DNA of 64,000 bases from contig OZ024745.1 of assembly GCA_964016885.1 (NCBI GenBank), positions 52,390,001 through 52,454,000 on the forward strand, given 5' to 3'. The notes beneath the pieces are model-generated. The model was not told the DNA's origin and did no database searches. It worked only from the letters and a program-made list of their open reading frames with translations. The DNA comes from Eledone cirrhosa (taxonomy: Eukaryota). Position 1 is the first letter of the stretch; each line of letters starts with the position of its first letter. Position numbers and translations under genes: made by a program. Positions 12,124 to 26,684 of this stretch are shown piece after piece.

Positions 12124-12395
12124 GACTGGCTTTGTGCAGTGCCTTTGCTCACTATAAAAGCTTCACGGCACAGGCATTGCTTTATATCTGGAGATCTCCC
12201 TGCACTTGTCGTCACATGATACCATGGGCCCAGCACTAAGTGTCAATAATTGTCACAAGTATAGTGTTTGTACCAGAGTTTTCAAGTCGCTGGCTGGACT
12301 AAAAAGTCACACTCGTTCAGCACATCGGTAGGGGTTCTCCCTATGGAGATGGAGTAGAGTAGTGGCCAAACTCGAAAACGAGTTGGCAGCCACCA
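12124..12395 (+). mobile_element. Direct duplicate of the 3' ~270 bp of the element at 11243
   Basis: gactggctttgtgcagtgcctttgctcac...gagttggcagccacca repeats 11583-11848. Confidence 0.9.
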
Positions 12396-12425
12396 TATGT
12401 ATGTATATGTGTGTGTGGGGGGTGC

Positions 12426-12462
<37 letters not shown>

Positions 12463-13659
12463 CCACTACCTAAATGGTTCAATATTAAAATCTTTGTTAA
12501 GCATCAAAACATGTTATTTTGTCATATCACTATTACTCTCTCACATTCGCTTAACATATAGCTGCAACAACTACAAATCCCACAACCAACTTGTTTTTCA
12601 GTGTTGTTGTAGAGATATGTGATTACTAATCTTAGTAGGTTGAGCATTCACTTAGATGTTTTCCTGTTGACACGTTTGACAAGATTAGAAATTTAATAGT
12701 ATTTTAGTTTGTTCGCGATTTTAGTGACACGCATGGAAAAAAGTACTGTGAATGTCTATATGACAGCCAACATGAACAGCAACTAGTATGCCTTATTGCT
12801 ATGTATACTAAAAACATATATATATAATTGCTAATATATTTCTGAAACAAACTATTCAACATCACATCATTTCCTTGGAATATTAATAAAATTAATTGTA
12901 CCCTCCTCAGGTAATCTGATCAAAATGTAAAGGCAAATCAAATATTCTTATATTCAAATAATTTAACCGAAGACTATATAAAAATGAATGCAACCGGAGA
13001 CTTATGTGTATTGATTAAATGTTAATTTTAACGAGAAAATTATAATTCGTGAAAACTTTAATAAGGAAAATAATCATACTTTTAAATTTCAATGTAATAT
13101 AATCTATGGTGAATTACTGCATAAAAACGTACTTGAGGACAAAACAATTGAGATTTCCGATAATGAAATACACAACGTTCATATATTAAGTTTTTCCGCC
13201 GTATTACTTATAGAAAATATATCTAGATCTAAATTTACAGCGCTATTGTATGATTGTCGTGAGATTGACATAAACAATTGACCAACTGGTTTTAAGAACA
13301 TCACTTAAACTACAATGATTCAATTAAATGATAATAATGAAGATTATCAAAATATGTCTGATACAAACATTCACGAAAATGAGGGATTTTTTTCGGTAAA
13401 GTACATATAACTGGGCGTATAAAATTATAACAAATAGTAAATTGGAAGTTATAACCGTTAAGTCTTACATCATCATTTATTTATTTCTCATAGAAATTTG
13501 AGAAATATAAATCGCACATGACAATAAATGTCGTAAGGAAGTGACATTTAAATTAAATGTGTGCTTATTTCATTTCGCAAAATTCAATTTATATCAATCG
13601 AGATGAAATGAACACCAATGTTAGTAAGACAAATCATTTTATATATATATATATATATA

Positions 13660-14001
13660 TATAGTTTTGCGAGGTTTTTGATATGAAATCGTGTGTCGAA
13701 ACAAATATTGTCATACTTGGGGAGGGTCATATTTGTGTAATAATATTGCCAGAATTAATAACAGAACACACTCATAGTTTGGTTGGTTTTCGCTTCTGTG
13801 TATTTTATATCGGTTAATTTAATGTATTCGGTCCTCAATGTTACCATTGACTGACCAACGTTCACATTACAGATACAATATAGACACAAACACATATATA
13901 GTTTAACAAAGTTCTTTCGTTGTACATCTGCAACATCGTCAGTGGTGCTATTATGTTTCCTCCCGTTGTATTGTATGCCTGCGCCATCTTGATTTATCTG
14001 T

Positions 14002-14032
<31 letters not shown>

Positions 14033-15711
14033 TTTGTTGTCTTCCCTGCGCATGGGTTTGCGTGTGTGTATATTGTTTTGTTTGATGTGTGTTCGTGTTT
14101 GGGTGACTGTGTATTGGTTATTGTATTCTATCTTAGTTTACTAGTCTGTGTTTATATGTGTTTGTTGTTATTGTGCTTGTGTATGTATGTATTTATTTAT
14201 TTATACTTCTCTTAGGTCAGTGTTGTTTGTTTGGGTGTTGTTGTTATTCCATTCATTTTTTCTGTTTAGCCTTTGCCTCCTCAGTTGTATTTCACTGGCC
14301 TCTCTGATTTGCTTATCAGCTGGGTCATTTCTATGTTACTGTCGTGTTTTTGTCTGGCATGTTCGTATAGTACTGAACCGTTTGTTCGTCCTTTTAGTTC
14401 CCTCTAGTGTTAGACTATCCTTTCACCTATGCTACGAGCTGTCTCGCCTATGTATGTGGTTGTCATGTTTCTGCAAGTACCCTCCTTACATCTTATTCTG
14501 TAGACTACGTTTCTAGTTTTACAGTTTATCCGGGGGTTTACTTTACATATAATATATTTCCTATTAGTACGGTGGGATTTCTTAAAAGGGTAGGTTTTGC
14601 TGATCAGGGATTTTATGGTGGTTCTTGGCTTTTCTACCACCTTAATCTTAAAGTGGGTCTTTCTCAGGGCCTTTCTACACTGGTTAGCTAATTTCCCTCC
14701 AGGGTTAGCGTCCACAAACATGACACTCTGGTATCTCTGGTTGTCTTACCATGAGGTGGCTATCCCCATCTTATGTCTAGTCCTATCTAAGCTAATCCAT
14801 GATTTGCTCCTATATAATGGCCAAATTCCTTTCATGTCCAGTTCTATGAGGGTCATATACTTCACCATGGCTCATTCGTATACTCTGATTCTGTCTCTTT
14901 TGTTGTAGCCAGAGAACTGCATGCGGTTGATGAAGTGTTGGATGTGTCTTTCCATTTCTGTTGGGTCGCACATGCGGCACACGTTCTTCATCACTCGTAC
15001 CAAGTCTGCGATCAGAATATTAAACTTACCACTACTGGACATTGCTGAGTTTTTGAGTATCCGGTATTTGGAGGCTATGGGTTTAGCATAGTGTGAGTGG
15101 AGAATTTGGGCTCTGTCATCTATAGTGTTAATCCAGAATTCCGTGTCTAATACAGGTAGTATATTGTTAGGGAGTTTGGAAGGGTAGTAGATAGTTACAG
15201 TTATAGTCTGGTGTATGGAATTAGCTATCTGCTGGATGATTTCCTTTGTGCTACGTTCTAAATCAAACTTGTTAGTACTCTCTTGTGGGGATGTCCTTAT
15301 TACTATATTGATGTCGTCTACGTAACAAGAGTACAGGATGAGGTGTATGGAGCTCTCATCAAGGAGATCTTTGAGTCTCCTTTCCCACCATACCATAAAA
15401 AGGTTCGCAACGTCACCAGCTGTGCTGACGCCAATGGCTGCACCCTCATTTTGGGTGTAGATCTTCTCGTTCAATTTGAATATGTGGCCCTTTAGGGTAG
15501 TTTTGATACTAGCCCCTATTGCATGTGCGACCATTTTTCTTACCTGATCATTGTTTTGGGAGGTCCGTATAGCTTTGGTCCACCCAATCCACCTTCACAT
15601 GGGAGTCTTTTTGCCATTGTGGTTATGGTGGGGGTCTACCTCTTATGGGTCTACTGAGGCAGAAACGTCTAAGGTCATGGCTGTCTAGGTAGTCAGTGTC
15701 ATAGGTAAGTC

Positions 15712-15715
<4 letters not shown>
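13660..15715 (-). mobile_element. 5'-truncated Penelope-like element (RT plus C-terminal GIY-YIG, coding remnant ~14240-15712) with 3' pseudo-LTR
   Basis: IYTQNEGAAIGVSTAGDVANLFM (motif B'), CYVDDINIV (motif C), LPVLD, HYAKPIAS; INCKTRNVVYRIRC...YIGETARSIGER (GIY-YIG); frameshifts and stops; (TA)n at both ends. Confidence 0.9.
13904..13950 (-). ncRNA. Hammerhead ribozyme in PLE pseudo-LTR, same sense as the ORF
   Basis: Minus strand gcacca CTGACGA t gttgca-gatg-tacaac GAAA gaac TT tgtta. Confidence 0.7.
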
Positions 15716-15800
<85 letters not shown>

Positions 15801-18299
15801 GCATGTTTGTTTGGGTGCGTGTGCGTGTGCGTATGTGAGCACGAATTCCGACTTATTTGAATTGCAACCAAGAAATGGACGTTGTACAATTCAAGTAGTA
15901 TAATTTATATTCATGCTTAAGATATTATGGCAAAACATATTACGAATGAATAATTATTCACCAAAATTAGATACTTGATTATCTCAACCAACCACCACAT
16001 GTTCATCACATTCAAATGGGCTGGACTCGTTGGATGAAATCAACATCTAATCTGAATAAACCTTTGTTTATTAAACAACCTGAAGATATATGTCATATTG
16101 CAGTATTAGATCCGACACCTAGACACAATCTGCCCAGGACAGAACAACATGGGGCCCCGCAGCTGTTATTGGAATTCCAATGGCTTATACAAAGAACAAA
16201 CTGTTTCAAAACACAACTTGATATACTAAACGTTGATGCAGTATGCGCCTCCTGTTGTAATGACAGATGCGACAAATGCCGCAATATTTACTATATGCAT
16301 AGGATTATATGTGAATCGGAAGGAAGAAAATATGGAGAGAATGCTATAAACTAGTATCCAATAATATTTCTTCAAAGCTATATGTAAAATATCCCTAATA
16401 GGTTTTCTCATGTTCGATCAACATGCGATTGATTAATTTATAATTGAGAAAATGTGCAGTCGAATTTAATGCATTGAAAAAACCTTGAAAATCGCAAAAG
16501 AAAAGGCAAAGATATATGTTTCAGTTTGAACATAACACTCATCGTTTTAGTACAATTGCCCTTGTCGCGATCAGAGTAACGCTTACAATATATTATTGGC
16601 CAAAATTAAAGGAATCTTGTAAAATTAACTGAAAGTGGCCAGTAATATTGATTCAAGGAATAACGGTAAGGAGATTTAATTCATGAATTATTGAACATAT
16701 TTTTTTCTTTACTCATCTTGTTCGTTTTACCGAAAATCAACAACGAAGAATTTTAAGAGAAATAACTCTGTTTGATAACCCAATGTTTTCTCAACAGCAA
16801 TGGGTCTGGGAACTGATCAAATATTTTCCAGCTGGGTGAATAAATTCAAATATATTTTGTAATTCGTTTTACATTTTAATATTAATTCTAAATTGTTGTA
16901 TCAAGTTCTATATATATTGTATTGATATTCTCCAATATCATTTATTAAACGCCAAACGATACTATGACATGCAACCGTGTAATATACAAATGTTAATGTA
17001 TAGGAAAGTATGATTTTTACCGATTTGTGATACATAGATATTTGAGCGTTGTTCCTATTCCAATATTTACTAAATGGATTACGTATGTTCGCCACAAGAG
17101 CTACTGAATGGGATAAATCTCGACATATGTAAATTAATAGAGCATCATAAAACAGCAGGAGAAACGAGAAGATCTCTTTAAACACATGTCGCTGGAAATC
17201 TGACATAAATGATACATCCATATCTATGACATTTACTCATAGAACTCTGTTTTGTACCGAAATTTAAGAACGCGACACCAATAGAATCTGGCTGCGTTGC
17301 AATTTTGGCTAACATTATATTACGTAAATATGATAAGGTTTTTTACACTAAGTTACACTTTTATATTAAGTAAAGTGATGTCTTTGAAATTGAACTATTA
17401 TTTCTGATTAATTTAGGCATATGAAATAGACATGTGTCTCAACCACCAACTACCTAAGAATAATATTTCATAAACTCACTGATAGCAAGCATCTGAGTAT
17501 ACTTAATAGTATAACGAAATATACAACAATGCACATGAAATTATACAGCAGACAAGCGTACGTAATTATGCGTCAACTGTTTATAAGATTCAAAGATGAC
17601 ACGTGTAATGTTGTAGCTTGTCATAATTGCAGATTAATTAACTCAACTATATTCCAGATATAATTAATAGGATGATATTCAAGAACTTCAATTATAATGT
17701 AGGAATAATGTACTACTAGTGATAATGATCATCTAGTTCAAGGTTATCGATTCCATATTTCTTAATTTACAGAATATAAGAGTACTGAATTTTACTTCTC
17801 AATATCTAAATATATAATTTTAAACGATTTTGTATTTGATACACCAAAATCATAAAAAATACTATTCTAAAATATAACATTTTCACAATATTACATTCCA
17901 AAGAAAATAAATTTGTCTCAAAGTGATGTTTATATACGGAAATTGTATGAAAGTCGGAAGATAGGCCTGTTTGTATGTGAATCACATTTTTTCCCTGAAT
18001 AGTTTACGAAAGGTGCAACCATTATAGAGTGGATGTGAAAGCTATAATAAAATCTGCATTTGGAGACACACAAAATAAACCACGGGGAAACAGTAAATTT
18101 CCTTGTAGTCACTTTACATATATAAACACATTTTTATAAACCCATTGACAATCTCAGGAAAAACCTCTTTATGTTTACGTACGTTAATGCCCAGCCACAT
18201 CGTTTTAATAACATCATATTTAATCTCAATATAAAAATGTATCAGCAAATACGTTTATCATCGCAAAGACAACGGTTTCTCTCGTACAAAAGTGAGCAT

Positions 18300-18460
18300 T
18301 AATAGTTATTTCTACTTTTGGCACAAGGCCAGGAATTACTCAGTGCATTACTGATAATTTATTTTATCGAGCCCGTAATGATGAAAGGCATTGTTACCCT
18401 CGACGGGATTTGACCTCAGACTGTAAAGGGATCCCCTACATATACTGCCACGCCACCGCC
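18300..18460 (-). mobile_element. SINE copy (family shared with 51501 and 60181)
   Basis: tttctacttttggcacaaggcca...ttttatcga.cccgtaa.gatga.aggca...ctcg.cgggatttga.ctcaga; reverse B box. Confidence 0.75.
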
Positions 18461-18989
18461 AAATATGAACATTCATAATATGCTTAAGCTATTGTTACTC
18501 TCAAGAAAATCTAAAATGAATTGCCAAGCACTCCGGTACCAATCATAATAGACAGACTGGTGCAGCAACACATGGCTTCAGAAATATGACTGGGGGTAAA
18601 GTAGTGAAAGTTCACCTGCTAAACGTTACACCACTAATACAAACAAGTTAATATCTACACGCCGAGAAATAAAACGTGAGGTACATAATACTCATATACA
18701 AATACCAAGGCATGTGTATTAAGGTCACTCTGCAATGAAGAAGCCCCCAATAATACAAGTAATTTTCACTCTGGCTCAATAAACATTCACGTTAGCAAAC
18801 TACTCCCCGAAAACGAACGAAGGGCTAACTGTAACACTGATTCTAAAACTATCGAAGCCTGTAAGCTCTACGTAATTGGAACCCCTGACTGATCTTTCAC
18901 ATTGCAAAAATGACACAAATTATTAATAAGAAATTCACAGCAATGGTTCTGTTTCATGTCTGGTTAATATATATGTATTCGTAGAATAG

Positions 18990-20510
18990 AGAGAGAAAGA
19001 GAATTTGGTGGTCTAGTGAGAGGGGGATTTGTGAGAGAGAGAGTGAGCTATGTAATGAGATAAAGAGAATGGAAGACAATGTGTCGGTTTAGTGCGAGGG
19101 TATTGTGAGAGTGAGAGAGAGTGAGGTATGTAGTAGGGTATAGAGAGGGGGAGAGTGTTTATTGGTCAATTGAGAGAGAGGATATTTTGAAAGTTAGAGA
19201 GATTGAGGTATGTAATGGAATGTAAAGAGTGAGAGAGAATTTGGTCGTCTAGTGGGAGAGCGAGAATTGTGAGCGAGAGTGATGTATGTAGTGGGATATA
19301 GAGAGTGGGAGAGTATTTGTTGGTTTAGTGAGACAGGGAAAATTAAGAAAGTGAGATATGTCATGGAAAATAGATGGGGGGGGGGGGAAATAATTTGGTG
19401 GTCTAGTGTGAGAGGGACAAATCTGAGAGAGAGTGAGATATGTAGTGGTATAGAATGAGGGAATAAAAGTTTGTTGTTTTAATGAAAGAGGGGGAATTGC
19501 TAGAGGGAGTGAGGTAAGTCGTGAGATATATAGAGGGAGAGTGAATTTCGTCGCCTAGTGGATATTGTGAGTGAGAGTGAGTTATGTAGTAGGATAGAGG
19601 GAGAGAGTTTGTTGCTTTAATGAGAAAGGGGAAATTAAGAGAGTGAGAGAGAGTGTTGCATGTAGTGTTTTAATAGAGAGGGACAGAGAATTTGGTCGTC
19701 TAGTGAGAGAGTGGAAACAGCGAGAGAGTTTGAGGTATATAGTGGTTTATAGAGAGGGGTGTGATTTTATTAAACTACTGAGAGAAGGGAAGTTAAGAAA
19801 GTGAGAGAGAGTGAGGTATGTAGTTTAATATATAGAGTGTGGGGTGGGAGAAATGTGTTGGTCTAGTGAGAGAGGGGAAGTTGTGAGAGAGTGTGTTGTA
19901 TGTAGTGAGATGTAGAGAGCAGGAGATAATTTGTTGGTTTATTGGGAGAGGGGGAATTAAGAGAGTGAAAGAGAGATATATGAAGTGGAATATAGAGAAG
20001 GGGAGATAATTTGGTGGTCTAATGAGAGAGGGTGATTTAAAAGAGAGAGTGAGGTATGTAGTAGAATATTGAGAGGGGAAGAGAATTCGATGGTATAGTG
20101 AGAGAGGGGTAATTGTGAAAGCAACAGAGAGTGAAGCCATAGTAGGATATAGTGAGGGAGAACGAATTTGGTGTCATAGTAAGACAGTGGGAATTAAGAG
20201 AGTGATAGAGAGATAGAATTAGCTCATCTAGTTTGAGAGAGGTAATTGTGAGAATGGTAGAGAGTGAGATATGTGGTGGGATATAGAGAGAGGGAGAGAG
20301 GTTTCTGGTTTAGTGAGAGAGGGGGAATTCTGAGAATGAGAGAGTGAGGTTTGTAGTCGGATATAGAGAGAGGGAGAAAGTTTGCCGGTTTATCGAGAGA
20401 CAGAATGATGGTCTGGTGAGAGAGTGAGGCAGGTTACGGTATGTAGAGAGGTTGAGAAAGGTATGATTTAATGAGAGAGGGGTAATATTTTGAGAGAGAG
20501 TGACAAAATA
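18990..20510. repeat. Degenerate purine-rich minisatellite, ~70-85-bp unit, about 20 copies
   Basis: Recurring gagagtgaggtatgtagt.g.atatagagag.gggagagaatttg.tggt.tagtgagagaggg.aattgt. Confidence 0.85.
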
Positions 20511-20869
20511 AATGTTGGAAGGAAGAAAAATATTTTAATATTGGGTTTCACAGTAAAGTGTCTGTGTATATGAGTGTGTATGTTTATAAGTATGTGTGTG
20601 TGCGTGTTTATATATATGTATGCCTGTTTCTATATTCATATATATATATGTGTGATTTTTAATATGTATGTGTGTTTCTTTATATGTATGTGTGAGTGTT
20701 TATATATGTATGTATATATGTGTGTATGTGTGTGTGTGTTTATTCATATAAGTGTGTGTGTTTATATATGTTTGTGTGTGTGTATGTGTGTGTGACTGTG
20801 TATGTGTATATGTGTGTGCGTGTGTGTGTGTATATGTGAGTGCGTGTGTGTGTGTACGTCTGTGTGTAA

Positions 20870-21177
20870 GTGCATGATTAGTGTATTCAGCTCACAACCA
20901 TGAGGGCGAGAGTTCGATTTCCGGTGGCGCGTTGTGTCCTTGAGCAAGACACTTTATTCCACAATTTGATCCAGTCGATTCAGCTGGCAAAATTGAGCTG
21001 TACGTGTAATTCGAAGGACCAGCTTTGTCACACGCTGTGTTACACGGAATCTCCCTGAGAACTAAGAAAGGGCTACGCGGGTCTGTGGAATGTTCAGCCG
21101 CTTGCACGTTAATTTCACAATGAGGGTGTTCCGTTGATAGTAGCAACTGCAAAACTCGTCGTCGTAACCGACGGATT
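20870..21177 (+). mobile_element. tRNA-derived SINE with CORE-like domain
   Basis: B box gagttcgatttcc followed by tgtgtccttgagcaagacactttatt; 3' end tcgtcgtaaccgacgga hairpin. Confidence 0.85.
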
Positions 21178-21236
21178 AACTCAATTTATATGCGTGTTTA
21201 TATATATATGTGTGTGTTTGTGTGTGTGTTTATATG

Positions 21237-21283
<47 letters not shown>

Positions 21284-21406
21284 ATGCCTGTGTGTGTGTG
21301 TAAACACACACACACACACACAAACATATATATATATATCGAAACGGAACCTGAACCGATAAAGTCTGGTTTCTGGGGTATGTCACTATTTATAAAACAC
21401 ATTTTG

Positions 21407-21452
21407 TATTTTATCTGACGAGGGCGTACCTTGAAATATATATAATAAAATA
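21407..21452 (+). ncRNA. Type I hammerhead ribozyme, short helix II
   Basis: tattttat CTGACGA gggcgtacctt GAAA tatata TA ataaaata; perfect 8-bp helix I, palindromic helix III. Confidence 0.8.
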
Positions 21453-21500
21453 AATATGGTTTTATAAATATAGTTTCCATTTATTAATATCATTGATATG

Positions 21501-21554
<54 letters not shown>

Positions 21555-21686
21555 TGTGTGTCTATGTGTCTAAGTATCAATCTATATCTATCTAAGTATC
21601 TGTCTATTGATCTATCTATATATCTATCTATCTATTTATCTATCTATATAATTCATCTCCTTTCTCTCTCTCTCCTTCTCTCTCTC

Positions 21687-21727
<41 letters not shown>

Positions 21728-21914
21728 TCGACCACCCGTCACGCGTTGACTCTCGTTCACTTAAGAATGTTTTAAGAATATTTTTTTAGAAAATCTTGTC
21801 CACTTAAAAATAATTTTAAATAATTAAAATATACACAGACATGTATGTAATGTGAAACGAAATTGGAAAACCCATATATATATATATGTGTGCGAGTGTG
21901 TATGTATATGTGTT

Positions 21915-21960
<46 letters not shown>

Positions 21961-22071
21961 TTATAGGTTACATATGACTTAATAATCAGTCACCACATTT
22001 GAGTTAGATACAGTAATGGTTTATTCGATTCTTTGAAGTCAACTTTTATAATTCATTCAAAAACACCACCA

Positions 22072-22109
<38 letters not shown>

Positions 22110-22135
22110 TCTCATTCTCTCTCTCTCTATCACTC

Positions 22136-22255
<120 letters not shown>

Positions 22256-22307
22256 CAGGAAAGAAGATTGACATGGTTTGCAATACAAAAAAGGTTTTTA
22301 ATCTCAT

Positions 22308-22415
22308 TGCTGACAATTGTTTCTCTGAACTGGTAGGTCTAGAGATCGCTATTCGCTTGTTTTCACGTTACTCGATCGCCAATTCAAAATTATAACCATT
22401 CAGTTCTTCGGAGCA
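22308..22415 (-). ncRNA. Hammerhead ribozyme with 81-nt helix II domain (core U4C)
   Basis: Minus strand tgct CCGAAGA [actgaatggt...accagttcaga] GAAA caattg TC agca. Confidence 0.75.
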
Positions 22416-22523
22416 CCTAAGGGGACTGGATATAACTATTATTTGTTACCCCGTATATATATATATAAACGGAAAAAATGAAACGAAATTTCATTTCCCA
22501 CTCTTAGTACGGCTGTTACTTAA

Positions 22524-22682
22524 ATATAAGTATGTACACGTACATACATATATGTATACAGACGTACAGTAGTATGTATACATATATACATACATGCACA
22601 TATATATATGTGTGCATGTATGTATATATGTATACATACTACTGTACGTCTGTATACATATATGTATGTACGTGTACATACT

Positions 22683-22690
<8 letters not shown>
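22524..22690. repeat. Near-perfect palindrome of a low-complexity repeat also seen at 39870-39960 and 40155-40210
   Basis: ataagtatgtacacgtacatac...gcac(at)n gtgc...gtatgtacgtgtacatacttat. Confidence 0.9.
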
Positions 22691-22705
<15 letters not shown>

Positions 22706-22717
<12 letters not shown>

Positions 22718-23102
22718 GAGTTTTCTTTTCTAAAGTGAAAAAAAACGAGATGTCTTATACGAGTGAAAGTATAAGAAAAAAAGACGAAATTGAAAAAGCA
22801 ACTGGAGTCTTTTTAAGAATACATATTTGGTTCCTTTACCGGTTTCGCAGTTCTTATGCTTTTCTAAAGTAGAATTGAGATGGAGGGTTTGTGTTTTTTC
22901 TCGCAAGAAAAACCACAAACCATCCATCTCAATCCTACTTTTGAAAAGCATAAGAACTGCGAAACCAGTAACGGAACCAAATATGTATTCTTAAAAAGAC
23001 TACAGTTGCATTTTCGATTTCATCTTTTTTCATCATAGCTTCACTCGTATAAGACATCTCGTTGTTTTTCATTTTAGAAAAAAAAACTCATTTTCTAATA
23101 TG
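22706..23102. repeat. Fold-back palindrome, ~195-bp arms, each with a decayed hammerhead
   Basis: Centre ttttctcgcaagaaaa near 22903; arms read ctt [TTGAAAA/TAGAAAA] gca-taagaac-tgc GAAA cc(g/a)g TA a.g. Confidence 0.85.
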
Positions 23103-24819
23103 TATATATATACATTTCAATTTACTCTCTCACAACCACTAGCTCTTTCTCTCTATCTTTCTCTGTCTCTCTATTTATGACGGTGCCATGAAAAACCACG
23201 TAACTTGGGAACCTGTACTCCGATTTATACGAAACTTGTTTTATTACATTATTCCCTGTTTTGGCAGTATCAACTTAAAGACAAGAACACAATCACAAAA
23301 TGTTCTTAATATATAGATAACTATCAGAGTCGTTAGAGCGGGGAACACGCCCAGTGAGATTTGTTGTGGAAGCCTGATTTCAAATGACTTTGAGATATCC
23401 TTTCAACTTAAGAGGTTTGGATTTGAGGGTAAATTTGCAGAATTATTTTTGTGTCAACCGTTAGACCTTCTGCTATCTATATCTGCCTTTTACTTTCTGA
23501 ATTAAAATTGTAATATTGTAGTAGTGATATAAATAAAAGATGTAATCAGTATGAATTATACAATAAAAACGCTTTAACACTAAAACCACTCACTGAAAGT
23601 CATCTATTTGAAAATATACTGGTACATCTCAAATCATGAAATTCTGAGGCCCATAACGTATAAACAGCAAGTTAATATACACAGACACATAAATATGTGC
23701 ACTTGCATACCATTGTTTTTTTCTGCATTTTTTTTCATTTATATTTGTATTGTTCTTTTGTCATTCTTTGATTCACACACATTCTTCTCACATTAATATT
23801 ATCACTCACTTATCTTAATTTTGGTGCATATATCACAGTAAGGTGAGCTGTTTTCCTATTCTCTGCCAATTATGTTTATTCAATCTAAGATATTTTATCA
23901 CATTTAGTTATCGCATAATTTCCCATGTATATCAAAACTATGTGAGATGTTTAACAGTAAATCTTTCTTATAGTCTACCGAAAATATTCGCACATTACTA
24001 GGTGAAATAGAATTTGCCTGAAAGAAGGAATCTACATGTTGGTCGGTAGAACACAACATTATCACCATAAGAGAGCAAACGAATCACAGAGTATTTCATA
24101 TGAAACTATGTTTAATGAAGCGTCATGTTCAATAATTAGATAATATGGTAACACATCTATATATAAAAGTACTTTTTCCAATTCAGATGAATCAATGGCA
24201 TGTAACCTAGATATACAGAATGTAATAAAATCCATGGAAAATGACTATGTAAGAGTTTATTTAAGCATATTAAGAAAACCTAACTGAGTGGCTTTCAGAG
24301 TAATTGTCAAAACATATTTTGCGCAAAAACATATCGGAAAACAATGCAAACCTAGTTAATAATATTGTGTTCTTTCCCTTCTAGAAGGTGCTATGTGATT
24401 TGAGATTTAAAGTGCATGTCATGCACAGCAATGTTGGCTACATATCTCTCTCTCTGTTAGTGTATTCAAAGGGACGAAATAAGTATATGCGAAATATAGA
24501 CAGATTGTGAGGTTAAAATTATATTGAGTTGTTATTGTTAGTGGTGAATGAGAGAACAAAACAGAAAATCAACATGTTCGACTCGTCAAGAAGAACCCAA
24601 ATACTAACAGAATACATATTCTGCAAAAGAACATAATGTTATGCATATCCTAGACCCCAAACGTTGCATTAATCTACAACGAACGGAATTGGTTGAACAT
24701 TTGAAGTTTCATTACCCACAATTCCATGCTCTAACTTGTGTTGGTGTGTCAGTTTATAGATGTTTGTTTATTCCTGACAGGCATGTTAAAACGTACGTGA
24801 ATTTTTAATATCATATATA

Positions 24820-24969
24820 TACAAGATCACCCTTGACCAGTTGGGTCACGTTCACATCAAAATATTTTTTTAATAATAAAAATATACACAGACATGTATA
24901 TAATGTAAAACGAAACTGGAAGATCCATATTTATATATATATATGTGTGTATATATATATGTGTGTGTG

Positions 24970-25016
<47 letters not shown>

Positions 25017-25400
25017 GTGTCTGTGATCTATATACACAGGTCATAGACACACACACTCATATACACACACGCATATATATATATAGACATACACTCATAT
25101 ATGTATGTATACACGACAACACGACCAGCGCTCTATCTCTCTTCCATTCTCCTTCTGTCCCCTCTCCCTCTCTCTATGTCACTCTTTCAATCTACCCTCT
25201 CACAACCACTATCTCTTTCTCTCTATCTTTCTTTCTCTTTCTCTGTGTATGAAGGTACTCGGGAAAACAAAATATCTCGTCACACGTACTCCGATTTAAG
25301 CGAAACTTGTTTTATTCCAATTGTATTCCCATTTCAGGGATAACTTCTTTTCAAAGTGTTTTCCCATTATGTGCCCTTTTGGCTGTATTACATTACAGAC
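24820..25400 (-). mobile_element. Second copy of the putative Helitron-type repeat at 21725
   Basis: Shared aaaatatacacagacatgtat...aaacgaaa.tggaa and ctctcacaaccacta.ctctttctctctatcttt...gtactccgattta..cgaaacttgttttatt. Confidence 0.55.
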
Positions 25401-25407
25401 AAGCAAG

Positions 25408-25487
<80 letters not shown>

Positions 25488-25525
25488 AAGTGTTAACACG
25501 ATCAAATTTTAGTTTAGAACATTTA

Positions 25526-25578
25526 TTTGCTGGCAATTGTTTCTTCCAGAGAGAAGTCTGGAATCATCGGAGAGTAAA
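25526..25578 (-). ncRNA. Degenerate hammerhead ribozyme (U4C, U16.1C)
   Basis: Minus strand ctct CCGATGA ttccag-acttctct-ctggaa GAAA caattg CC agcaaa. Confidence 0.6.
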
Positions 25579-26684
25579 GAATGTCGAAACATGTAACTAA
25601 AATCCTAGTAATTTGAACATTTAGGGTACATAATTATTGTTAGTGTCATAAACATCATGGGGAGAGTCGGGAGTTAAAACGATGTTCTGCTTGAAAGAAC
25701 ACAATGACAGGCAGCACTCGTTGAAAGTGTAATAAAATATAAGTAAAAATCACAAGCAAAAAATAAACACAGGCAAAAAAGTTATAAGCAAGGAAAATTG
25801 GTGTACAATGCAGGAGTCAATACAGTCAATAAGGCATGTATGAGGAAAGCGTTATAATGCAGTTGAAATAACCTTATTTTGTGTGGGGTGTTAAAGCGTG
25901 TTATAATTGTTATAAATGTTTAAGATAGTGTGTAATTTGTTAGAGAAGCATCTGGTGATAATGTAGATATTTGTTATGTAAGGTGTAATGCAAAGCACGT
26001 GATAGAGTTGGATATGTGATTTTCATTTAGGTGTTTTTGTGTTGTAGTGCGTCGGTGCGTGTATATGTTGTTTGTTACTCAGCTATTAACAATGGGATTA
26101 TTTTGAGTCGTTTATAGTCGATAAGTGTTTGTTTGTTAAATGAAAATTCCACCGAATTACTGGCCATGTTGTTATTTTAGGTTTATTATTTTATGCATTT
26201 TGTATCTACAAATTATATTTTCTAGGGTTCGTATTAACCGTTATTAAGCTGTTGGTAAACGGTTAGGTTGCTTAATTTTATAATTTTACACAGGAAGTTG
26301 TAAAAGGGTTAATAACAAAGGGAGGTAATTGAAGTACTGATAAATAAAGGGTTGTTTTAATATTGTAGTAGTGTTATAAATTAATCTTTATAGAGTACAT
26401 AAAATACTATTGCTTATATAATTGTTATCTTTTAAACTTGTGTGGAGGGAGTTAAAAACATTTTTTTTATTTAGTTTAATATAACTGTATAGTTTTTACA
26501 TAGTTATTATATGTACATATAATTGTTTCTACTTTTGGCACAAGGCCATGTATATATAATATAATGTATATACATATGCGTGAGAATGCATATATATATA
26601 TATATATATCTATATCTATATATATCTATATATATATATATATACGATATTAATAAATGGAAACTATATTTATAAAACCATATT

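Noticed and set aside
16016-16354. 112-aa Cys-containing ORF in unique sequence
   Set aside because: No domain I can recognise and no convincing splice-site pair; would need BLAST or RNA-seq
16901-17221. Possible minus-strand exon or ORF
   Set aside because: Weak donor and no recognisable protein family
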